NCBI GenBank assembly: GCA_964016885.1 | Contig: OZ024743.1 | Span: 12,896,001-12,960,000 of the forward strand | Length of the DNA: 64,000 nt | Origin: Eledone cirrhosa | Lineage: Eukaryota | Reading direction: 5' to 3' | Shown: one piece after another, positions 30,001 to 41,200 of the stretch | How the letters are laid out: each line of letters starts with the position of its first letter | Position numbering within the stretch: the stretch's first letter is position 1 | Translations under genes and position numbers: made by a program | Notes under the pieces: model-generated | Databases searched by the model: none | What the model was told of the DNA's origin: nothing | What the model saw: only the letters and a program-made list of their open reading frames with translations

Positions 30001-33000
30001 TGTTGTTGCTGCTGTTGTGTATGGTGTTGTATGGTGTTGTTGCAGCTGTTGTGTATGGTGTTGTATGGTGCTGTTGCTGCTGTTGTGTATGGTGATGTTT
30101 CTGCTGTTGTGTATGGTGTTGTATGGTGTTGCTGCTGTTGTGTATGTTATTGTATGGTGTTGTATGGTGTTGTTGCTGCCGTTGTGTATGGTGTTGTATG
30201 GTGTTGTATGGTGTTGTTGCTGCCGTTGTGTATGGTGTTGTTGCTGCTGTGGTGTATGGTGTTGTATGGTGTTGTTGCTGCCGTTGTGTATGGTGTTGTT
30301 GCTGCTGTTGTGTATGGTGTTGTATGGTGTTGTATGGTTTTGTTGCTGCCGTTGTGTATGGTGTTGTTGCTGCTGTTGTGTATGGCGTTGTATGGTGTTG
30401 TTGCTGCCGTTGTGTATGGTGTTGTTGCTGCTGTTGTGTATGGTGTTGCTGCTGTTGTGTATGGTGTTGTATGGTGTTCTTGCTGCTGTTGTGTATGGTG
30501 TTGTATGGTGTTGTATGGTGTTGTTGCTGCCGTTGTGTATTGTGTTGTTGCTGCTGTTGTGTATGGTGTTGTATGGTGTTGTTGCTGCCGTTGTGTATGG
30601 TGTTGTATGGTGCTGTTGCTGCCGTGTGTATGGTGTTGTATGGTGTTGTTGCTGCTGTTGTGTATGGTGTTGTTGCTGCTGTTGTGTATGGTGTTGTTGC
30701 TGCCGTTGTGTATGGTGTTGTATGGTGTTGTTGCTGCCGTTGTGTATGGTGTTGCTGCTGTTGTGTATGGTGTTGTATGGTGTTGTTGCTGCTGTTGTGT
30801 ATGGTGTTGTTGCTGCTGCTGTGTATGGCGTTGTATGGTGTTGTTGCTGCTGTTGTGTATGGTGTTGTTGCTGCTGTTGTGTATGGTGTTGTTGCTGCCG
30901 TTGTGTATGGTGTTGTATGGTGTTGTTGCTGCCGTTGTGTATGGTGTTGTATGGTGTTGTTGCTGCCGTTGTGTATGGTGTTATCTGGTGTTGTTGCTGC
31001 CGTGTGTATGGTGTTGTATGGTGTTGTTGCTGCCGTTGTGTTGGTGTTGTTGCTGCTGTTGTGTATGGTGTTGCTGCTGTTGTGTATGGTGTTGTATGGT
31101 GTTGCTGCCGTTGTGAATGGTGTTATATGGTGTTGTTGCTGCCGTTGTGTATGGTGTTGTATGGTGTTGCTGCTGCTGTTGTGTATGGTGTTGTTTGCTT
31201 TTGTTGCTGCCGTTGTGTATGCTGTGTATGGTGTTGCTGCCGTTGTGTATGTTGTGTATGGTGTTGTTGCTGCCGTCGTGTATGGTGTTGTATGGAGTTG
31301 TTGCTGCAGTTGTGTATGGTGTTGTATGGTGTTATTGCTGCTGTTGTGTATGCTGTTGTTGCTGCTGTTGTGTATGGTGTTGTATGGAATTGTTGCTGCT
31401 GTTGTGTATGGTGTTGTATGGTGTTGTTGCTGCTGTTGTGTATGGTGTTGTATGGTGTTATTGCTGCTGTTGTGTATGTTGTTGTTGCACCTGTCGTGTA
31501 TGGTGTTGTTGCTGCCGTTGTGTATGGTGTTGTTGCTGCTGTTGTGTATGTTGTGTATGGTGTTGTTGCTGCAGTTGTGTATGGTGTTGTTGGTGTTGTT
31601 GCTGCTGTTGTGTATGGTGTTGTTGCTGCAGTTGTGTATGGTGTTGTTGCTGCTGTTGTGTATGTTGTTCTTGCTGCTGGTGTGTATGTTGTGTATGGTG
31701 TTGTTGCTGCTGTTGTGTATGGTGTTGTTACTGCTGTTGTGTATGATGTTGTTGCTGCAGTTGTGTATGGTGTTGTATGGTGTTGTTGCTGCTGTTGTGT
31801 ATGGTGTCGTATGGTGTTATTGCTGCTGGTGTGTATGGTGTTGTTGCTGCTGTTGTGTATGTTGTGTATGGTGTTGTTGTTGTTGCTGCAGTTGTGTATG
31901 TTGTGTATGGTGTTGTTGCTGCTGATGTGTATGCTGTTGTATGGAATTATTGCTGCTGTTGTGTATGGTGTTGTTGCTGCTGTTGTGTATGTTGTTGTAT
32001 GGAGTTGTTGCTGCTGTTGTGTATGTTGTGTATGGTGTTGTTGCTGCTGTTGTGTATGATGTTGTTGCTGCAGTTGTGTATGGTGTTGTATGGTTTTGTT
32101 GCTGCTGTTGTGTATGTTGTGTATGGTGTTGTTGCTGCTGTTGTGTATGATGTTGTTGCTGCAGTTGTGTATGTTGTGTATGGTTTTGTTGCTGCTGTTG
32201 TGTATGGTGTTGTTGCTGCAGTTGTGTATGTTGTGTATGGTGTTGTTGCTGCTGTTGTGTATGCTGTTGTATGGAGTTGTTGCTGCTGTTGTGTATGGTG
32301 TTGTTGCTGCTGTTGTGTATGGTGTTGTATGGAGTTGTTGCTGCTGTTGTGTATGTTGTGTATGGAGTTGTTGCTGCTGTTGTGTATGGTGTTGTTGCTG
32401 CAGTTGTGTATGGAGTTGTTGCTGCTGTTGTGTATGGTGTTGTATGGAGTCATTGCTGCTGTTGTGTATGGTGTTGTTGCTGCTGTTGTGTATGTTGTGT
32501 ATGGTGTTGTTGCTGCTGTTGTGTATGGGGTTGTTGCTGCTGTTGTGTATGGTGTTGTTGCTGCTGTTGTGTATGTTGTGTATGGTGTTATTGCTGCTGT
32601 TGTGTTTGTTGTGTATGGTGTTGTTGCTGCTGTTGTGTATGGTGTTGTTGCTGCTGTTGTGTATGTTGTGTATGGAGTTGTTGCTGCTGTTGTGTATGTT
32701 GTGTATCTTGTTGTTGCTGCTATTGTGTATGGTGTTGTTGCTGCTGTTGTGTATGGTGTTGTATGGAGTTGTTGCTGCTGTTGTGTATGGTGTTGTTGCT
32801 GCTGTTGTGTATGGTGTGTATGGTGTTGTTGCTGCTGTTGTGTATGGTGTTGTTGCTGCTGTTGTGTATGTTGTGTATGGTGTTGTTGCTGCCGTTGTGT
32901 ATGTTGTGTATGGTGTTGTTGCTGCTGTTGTGTATCGTGTTGTATGGTGTTGTTGCTGCTGTTGTGATTGGTGTTGTATGGTGTTGTTGTTGCTGTTGTG

Positions 33001-35000
33001 TATGGTGTTGTATGGTGCTGTTGCTGCTGTTGTGTATGGTGCTGTTGCTGCTATTGTGTATGGTGTTGTATGGTGTTGCTGTTGTTGTGTATGGTGTTGT
33101 ATGGTGTTGTTGCTGCTGTTGTGTATGGTGTTGCTGCTGTTGTGTATGGTGTTGTATGGTGTTGTATGGTTTTGTTGCTGCCGTTGTGTATGGTGTAGTA
33201 TAGTGTTGTATGGTGTTGTTGCTGCCTTTGTGTATGGTTTTGTTGCTGCCGTTGTGTATGGTGTTGTATGGTGTTGTTGCTGCCGTTGTGTATGGTGTTG
33301 TTGCTGCTGTTGTGTATGGTGTTGTATGGTGTTGTATGGTGTTGTTGCTGCCGTTGTGTATGGTGTTGTTGCTGCTGTTGTGTATGGCGTTGTATGGTGT
33401 TGTTGCTGCCGTTGTGTATGGTGTTTTGCTGCTGTTGTGTATGGTGTTGCTGCTGTTGTGTATGGTGTTGTATGGTGTTCTTGAGGCTGTTGTGTATGGT
33501 GTTGTATGGTGTTGTATGGTGTTGTTGCTGCCGTTGTGCATTGTGTTGTTGCTGCTGTTGTGTATGGTGTTGTATGGTGTTGTTGCTGCCGTTGTGTATG
33601 GTGTTGTATGGTGTTGTTGCTGCCGTGTGTATGGTGTTGTATGGTGTTGTTGCTGCTGTTGTGTATGGTGTTGTTGCTGCTGTTGTGTATGGTGTTGTTG
33701 CTGCCGTTGTGTATGGTGTTGTATGGTGTTGTTGCTGCCGTTGTGTATGGTGTTGCTGCTGTTGTGTATGGTGTTGTATGGTGTTGTTGCTGCTGTTGTG
33801 TATGGTGTTGTTGCTGCTGTTGTGTATGGCGTTGTATGGTGTTGTTTCTGCTGTTGTGTATGGTGTTGTTGCTGCTGTTGTGTATGGTGTTGTTGCTGAC
33901 GTTGTGTATGGTGTTGTATGGTGTTGTTGCTGCCGTTGTGTATGGTGTTGTATGGTGTTGTTGCTGCCGTTGTGTATGGTGTTGTATGGTGTTGTTGCTG
34001 CCGTGTGTATGGTGTTGTATGGTGTTGTTGCTGCCGTTGTGTATGGTGTTGTATGGTGTTGTTGCTGCTGTTGTGTATGGTGTTGTTGCTGCTGTTGTGT
34101 ATGGTGTTGTTGCTGCTGTTGTGTATGGTGTGTATGGTGTTGTTGCTGCTGTTGTGTATGTTGTGTATGGTGTTGTTGCTGCTGTTGTGTATGTTGTTGT
34201 TGGTGCTGTTTTGTATGTTGTGTATGGTGTTGTTGCTGCTGTTGTGTATGGTGTTGTATGATGTTGCTGCCGTTGTGTATGGTGTTGTATGGTATTATTG
34301 CTGCTGTTGTGTATGGTGTTGTTGCTGCTGTTGTGTATGTTGTGTATGGTGTTGCTGCTGCTGTTGTGTATGTTGTGTATGGTGTTGTTGCTGCTGTTGT
34401 GTATGTTGTGTATGGTGTTGTTGCTGCTGTTGTGTATGGTGTTGTTGCTGCTGTTGTGTATGGTGTTGTATGATGTTGCTGCCGTTGTGTATGGTGTTGT
34501 AATGGTGTTGTTGCTGCTGTTGTGTATGGTGTTGTTGCTGCTGTTGTGTATGTTGTGTATGGTGTTGCTGCTGCTGTTGTGTATGTTGTGTATGGTGTTG
34601 TTGCTGCTGTTGTGTATGTTGTGTATGGTGCTGTTGCTGCTGTTGTGTATGGTGTTGTATGGAGTTGTTGCTGCTGTTGTGTATGTTGTGTATGGTGTTG
34701 TTGCTGCTGTTGTGTATGGTGTTGTATGGAGTTGTTGCTGCTGTTGTGTATGTTGTGTATGGTGTTGTTGCTGCTGTTGTGTATGTTGTGTATGGTGTTG
34801 TTGCTGCTGTTGTGTATGGTGTTGTTGCTGCTGTTGTGTATGGTGTTGTTGCTGCAGTTGTGTATGGTGTTGTTGCTGCCGTTGTGTATGTTGTGTATGG
34901 TGTTGTTGCTGCTGTTGTGTATGTTCTTATTGCTGCTGTTGTGTATGTTGTGTATGGTGTTGTTGGTGTTGTTGCTGTTGTTGATGTTGTGTATGATGGT
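1..35000. repeat. Modular GT-rich satellite, base unit 30 bp (GGTGTTGCTGCY GTTGTGTAT GTTGTGTAT) with 21/24/33-bp variants and a 10-bp GGTGTTGTAT module
   Basis: Continuous tandem array visible directly. The plus strand is almost all G/T. The array runs off the left edge and decays towards 35 kb. Confidence 0.98.
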
Positions 35001-35062
35001 ACTGTGTAAGGTATGTATAGTGTTGCTAAATTGTGTGTGCTGCTGATGATGTCATTGTCCAT

Positions 35063-36593
35063 ATTGCCCTTGGTATAGACCACATCGCCCGGAGTATCAC
35101 CGCCCCTCTCAATGTTTGATATCTGGATGATGCTACGTTGGGCGGGCCAGTACAGACTGTCTGCCATGACCTACAATCGGTGGTTCCTGCCCTGGCAGGA
35201 ATTGGCCTCCAGGTCAACTCGGCTAAGTCGGAGGTGGTGAACGTCAACCACAATGCTGAGATCTTTGTAGCCTCCGTCTCGGAAGTGCGGTCATATTATC
35301 CACCAGGTACAGGTGACCCCTAAAGAGGATGTCCTCATCCTCGAGCTACCGATCCACCCGCCATCAGGTCCAGGCTTCAACAACTCCAGAATCTCACGAG
35401 CCGACTGGGCTTGATCGACGGCCACCCAGCCCTCTTTCTGTTGAGGAACTTCTTCGCCATGCCGAAGCTCCTCTATACCCTTCGCAGCGCTTCGTGCTAC
35501 ACTCACACATCTCTCCTCGCTGACCTCGATACTTGTATCCGAGAAGAAGCCGAGGAGATATGTTACGTCAAGTTTGACGTCATTGGATGGCAACAGGCCA
35601 CTTTACCTGTCAGGTATGGCGGCCTTGGCCTCCAGTCCCCGATCTCACTGGCTTTGCCGGCGTATCTTTCGTCAGTAACCTCGTGCCGCGTCCTCGACAG
35701 CAGGGTTCTCCAAAACACAATAGCACCCTATGCGTTCAGAGAACGTGAGGCCGCCTGTGAGACATCGGACCAGCTGGGACTCAGCCCAGTAGACGTCGCT
35801 CCTCCTTCTCCCCCTGTTGACGTCAAGTCCCCCCAACGCACTTGGGATGCCATCCAGTGCAACCTGGCCTCAGACAGGCTCACGCGCAAGCTCGACCAGC
35901 ACCGCCTTGCCTGTTTTCGTGCGGCCTCCAAACCCCACAGTGGTGCCTGGCTCCATGCCCTTCCCTCCTTCTCCACTGGCACGCAGCTAGACGATAATAG
36001 CCTGCGCATTGTCGTTTCCTTCAGGCTCGGTCTCCGGATCTGCGAGCCACACCAATGTCGCTGCGGATCCATCGTGGACACTTTCTGCCTCCACCCGCTT
36101 TCCTGTCTCCCCAGTGCCGGCCGCCTTCCACACCATGCTGCTCTCAACGAGGTCATAAAGCATGGCTTGGACGCTGCAAGCTTCCATTCCCAGCTCGAGC
36201 CGGTGGGGCTTGACCGAGGGGACGGCAAAAGGCCAGATGGCATGACCATCTTCCCGTTCCGTGGTGGTAAACCTCTCGTCTGGGATGCCACCTGCACCTA
36301 CACTTCCTGCAGCCGCACGTCGGGCTGAGGAGGCTAAACTCCTCAAATACCGGTCACTCTCCGACAGGTTTGCGTTTGTACCCCTGGCAGTGGAGACTTC
36401 TGGTGTCCTCGGCCCTAGAGCTACCTCCCTACTCACCACCATAGGCGCTGAGCTGCCCAGCCGCAGGTGTGAGCCCCGCGAGTCGGAGTGGCTTTTCCAG
36501 CGCGTCTCCCTTGCTGTCCACCGAGAAAACGCCTTCTCCATTCTGACCGCCGGGGCTGTAGGTGGGCCCCATCGCGTACCATTCCATATTTAG
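35063..36593 (+). mobile_element. 5'-truncated, inactivated CRE-clade non-LTR retrotransposon (RT C-terminal half, CCHC knuckle, restriction-like endonuclease)
   Basis: PLNV*YLDDATLGGP (YLDD 35120-35131, Trp codon now TGA), GLQVNSAKSE, QQATLPVRYGGLGL, SGAWLHALP, CRCG..H..SC..HH, RGDGKRPDG..WDATC, EEAKLLKY, FVPLAVETSGVLGP, QRVSLAVHRENA. Frameshifts between 35290-35410 and near 36310. GC-rich island. The clade call comes from recalled motifs. Confidence 0.88.
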
Positions 36594-36939
36594 TTGTGGT
36601 CGGTGTGTGTGTGTTTGTATATATTACTTTTGTTTACATTCAGCATCATGTTATTCTTTATTGCTTTTTCTCTACTAATGAATTATATTTGGAAAAACAG
36701 CACCATTATTGCAGCCTATACTGTTTTTGATGTCTGTCCATATTTCGTATATTCTAACATATGTTGTATATGTTGCTTTTGATGTATATAGTATGTACGT
36801 TGTTATTGATATTATGTAAGATGTTATGTATGATGCGTTTGCTGTTTATGCTGTTGTTAATGTTTATGTCATTGCAGCTGTTAAATTTTCTTATGGTGCT
36901 GTAGAAATTGTTGTATATGTTGTTGATGTTGCGTATGTA

Positions 36940-38200
36940 GTTAATGTGTACGTGGTAGTTGATGTTGTGTATGTAGTTGTTGTGTACGTGGTAGTTGATG
37001 TTGTGTATGTAGTTGTTGTGTACGTGGTAGTTGATGTTGTGTATGTAGTTGTTGTGTACGTGGTAGTTGATGTTGTGTATGTAGTTGTTGTGTACGTGGT
37101 AGTTGATGTTGTGTATGTAGTTGTTGTGTACGTGGTAGTTGATGTTGTGTATGTAGTTGTTGTGTACGTGGTAGTTGAAGTTGTGTATGTAGTTGTTGTG
37201 TACGTGGTAGTTGATGTTGTGTATGTAGTTGCTGTGTACGTGGTAGTTGATGTTGTGTATGTAGTTGTTGTGTACGTGGTAGTTGATGTTGTGTATGTAG
37301 TTGTTGTGTACGTGGTAGTTGATGTTGTGTATGTAGTTGTTGTGTACGTGGTAGTTGATGTTGTGTATGTAGTTGTTGTGTACGTGGTAGTTGAAGTTGT
37401 GTATGTAGTTGTTGTGTACGTGGTAGTTGATGTTGTGTATGTAGTTGCTGTGTACGTGGTAGTTGATGTTGTGTATGTAGTTGTTGTGTACGTGGTAGTT
37501 GATGTTGTGTATGTAGTTGTTGTGTACGTGGTAGTTGATGTTGTGTATGTAGTTGATATGTACGTGGTAGATGATGTTGTGTATGTAGTTGTTGTGTATG
37601 TAGTTGTTGTGTACGTGGTAGTTGATGTTGTGTATGTAGTTGTTGTGTACGTGGTAGTTGATGTTGTGTATGTAGTTGATATGTACGGGGTAGATGATGT
37701 TGTGTATGTAGTTGTTGTGTACGTGGTAGTTGATGTTGTGTATGTAGTTGTTGTGTACGTGTAGTTGATGTTGTGTATGTAGTTGTTGTGTACGTGGTAG
37801 TTGATGTTGTGTATGTAGTTGATGTTGTGTATGTAGTTGTTGTGTACGTGGTAGTTGATGTTGCGTATGTAGTTTATGTTGTGTATGTAGTTGATGTGTA
37901 CGTGGGAGTTGATGTTGTGTATGTAGTTGCTGTGTACGTGGTAGTTGATGTTGTGTATGTAGTTGCTGTGTACGTGGTAGTTGATGTTGTGTATGTAGTT
38001 GTTGTGTACGTGGTAGTTGATGTTGTGTATGTAGTTGATATGTACGTGGTAGATGATGTTGTGTATGTAGTTGTTGTGTACGTGGTAGATGATGTTGTGT
38101 ATGTAGTTGATGTGTACGTGGTAGTTGATGTTGTGTATGTAGTTGTTGTGTACGTGTAGTTGATGTTGTGTATGTAGTTGATATGTACGTGGTAGATGAT
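36940..38200. repeat. 36-bp satellite GATGTTGTGTATGTAGTT-GTTGTGTACGTGGTAGTT (diverged dimer of an 18-mer)
   Basis: Tandem 36-bp units read directly; 12-aa periodicity in ORF 36826-37764. Confidence 0.95.
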
Positions 38201-41200
38201 GTTGTATGTAGTTGATGTTGCGTATGTAGTTTATGTTATGTATGTAGTTGATGTTATGTATGTAGTTTATGTTATGTATGTAGTTGATGTTGTGTATGTA
38301 GTTTATGTTATGTATGTAGTTTATGTTATGTATGTAGTTGATGTTGTGTATGTAGTTTATGTTATGTATGTAGTTTATGTTATGTATGTAGTTTATGTTA
38401 TGTATGTAGTTTATGTTATGTATGTAGTTGATGTTATGTATGTAGTTTATGTTATGTATGTAGTTTATGTTATGTATGTAGTTGATGTTATGTATGTAGT
38501 TTATGTTATGTATGTAGTTTATGTTGTGTATGTAGTTGATGTTATGTATGTAGTTTATGTTATGTATGTAGTTGATGTTATGTATGTAGTTTATGTTATG
38601 TATGTAGTTTATGTTGTGTATGTAGTTGATGTTATGTATGTAGTTTATGTTATGTATGTAGTTGATGTTATGTATGCAGTTGATGTTGTGTATGTAGTTG
38701 ATGTTATGTATGTAGTTGATGTTGTGTATGTAGTTGATGTTGTGTATGTAGTTTATGTTATGTATGTAGTTGATGTTGTGTATGTAGTTTATGTTGTGTA
38801 TGTAGTTGATGTTGTGTATGTAGTTGATGTTGTGTATGTAGTTTATGTTATGTATGTAGTTGATGTTGTGTATGTAGTTGATGTTGTGTATGTAGTTTAT
38901 GTTATGTATGTAGTTGATGTTGTGTATGTAGTTTATGTTGTGTATGTAGTTGATGTTGTGTATGTAGTTTATGTTGTGTATGTAGTTGATGTTATGTATG
39001 TAGTTGATGTTGCGTATGTAGTTTATGTTATGTATGTAGTTTATGTTATGTATGTAGTTGATGTTGTGTATGTAGTTTATGTTATGTATGTAGTTGATGT
39101 TATGTATGTAGTTGATGTTGCGTATGTAGTTTATGTTATGTATGTAGTTGATGTTATGTATGTAGTTGATGTTGTGTATGTAGTTTATGTTATGTATGTA
39201 GTTGATGTTGTGTATGTAGTTTATGTTATGTATGTAGTTTATGTTATGTATGTAGTTTATGTTATGTATGTAGTTTATGTTATGTATGTAGTTTATGTTA
39301 TGTATGTAGTTGATGTTGTGTATGTAGTTTATGTTGTGTATGTAGTTGATGTTGCGTATGTAGTTTATGTTATGTATGTAGTTGATGTTGTGTATGTAGT
39401 TTATGTTGTGTATGTAGTTGATGTTGCGTATCTAGTTTATGTTATGTATGTAGTTGATGTTGTGTATGTAGTTGATGTTGTGTATGTAGTTTATGTTGTG
39501 TATGTAGTTTATGTTATGTATGTAGTTGATGTTGTGTATGTAGTTTATGTTATGTATGTAGTTGATGTTGTGTATGTAGTTTATGTTGTGTATGTAGTTT
39601 ATGTTATGTATGTAGTTTATGTTATGTATGTAGTTGATGTTGTGTATGTAGTTTATGTTATTTATGTAGTTGATGTTGTGTATGTAGTTTATGTTATGTA
39701 TGTAGTTGATGTTGTGTATGTAGTTTATGTTGTGTATGTAGTTTATGTTATGTATGTAGTTGATGTTGTGTATGTAGTTTATGTTGTGTATGTAGTTGAT
39801 GTTGCGTATGTAGTTTATGTTATGTATGTAGTTTATGTTATGTATGTAGTTGATGTTGTGTATGTAGTTTATGTTATGTATGTAGTTTATGTTATGTATG
39901 TAGTTGATGTTATGTATGTAGTTTATGTTATGTATGTAGTTGATGTTGTGTATGTAGTTTATGTTGTGTATGTAGTTGATGTTGCGTATGTAGTTTATGT
40001 TATGTATGTAGTTGATGTTGTGTATGTAGTTTATGTTATGTATGTAGTTGATGTTGTGTATGTAGTTTATGTTGTGTATGTAGTTGATGTTGCGTATGTA
40101 GTTTATGTTATGTATGTAGTTGATGTTGTGTATGTAGTTTATGTTATGTATGTAGTTGATGTTATGTATGTAGTTGATGTTGTGTATGTAGTTGATGTTG
40201 CGTATGTAGTTTATGTTATGTATGTAGTTGATGTTGTGTATGTAGTTTATGTTGTGTATGTAGTTTATGTTATGTATGTTGTTTATGTTATGTATGTAGT
40301 TGATGTTATGTATGTAGTTTATGTTATGTATGTAGTTGATGTTGTGTATGTAGTTGATGTTGTGTATGTAGTTGATGTTGCGTAAGTAGTTTATGTTATG
40401 TATGTAGTTGATGTTGTGTATGTAGTTGATGTTGTGTATGTAGTTTATGTTATGTATGTAGTTGATGTTATGTATGTACTTTATGTTATGTATGTAGTTG
40501 ATGTTGTGTATGTAGTTTATGTTATGTATGTAGTTTATGTTATGTATGTAGTTGATGTTGTGTATGTAGTTTATGTTATGTATGTAGTTTATGTTATGTA
40601 TGTAGTTGATGTTATGTATGTAGTTTATGTTATGTATGTAGTTTATGTTATGTATGTAGTTTATGTTATGTATGTAGTTGATGTTATGTATGTAGTTTAT
40701 GTTATGTATGTAGTTTATGTTATGTATGTAGTTTATGTTATGTATGTAGTTGATGTTATGTATGTAGTTTATGTTGTGTATGTAGTTGATGTTATGTATT
40801 TAGTTTATGTTATGTATGTAGTTGATGTTATGTATGTAGTTTATGTTGTGTATGTAGTTGATGTTATGTATGTAGTTTATGTTATGTATGTAGTTGATGT
40901 TATGTATGTAGTTTATGTTATGTATGTAGTTGATGTTGTGTATGTAGTTTATTTTATGTATGTAGTTTATGTTATGTATGTAGTTTATGTTATGTATGTA
41001 GTTGATGTTATGTATGTAGTTTATGTTATGTATGTAGTTTATGTTATGTATGTAGTTTATGTTATGTATGTAGTTTATGTTATGTATGTAGTTGATGTTA
41101 TGTATGTAGTTTATGTTATGTATGTAGTTTATGTTATGTATGTAGTTTATGTTATGTATGTAGTTGATGTTATGTATGTAGTTTATGTTATGTATGTAGT

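Noticed and set aside
1-35000. Huge ORFs (VYVVYGVAAV, Cys-rich, or mucin-like TTAATPYTTY on the minus strand)
   Set aside because: The monomer lacks stops in nearly all frames. Recurrent 1-bp-deleted units and 10-bp modules shift frame freely. There is no signal peptide, unique domain or splice evidence.
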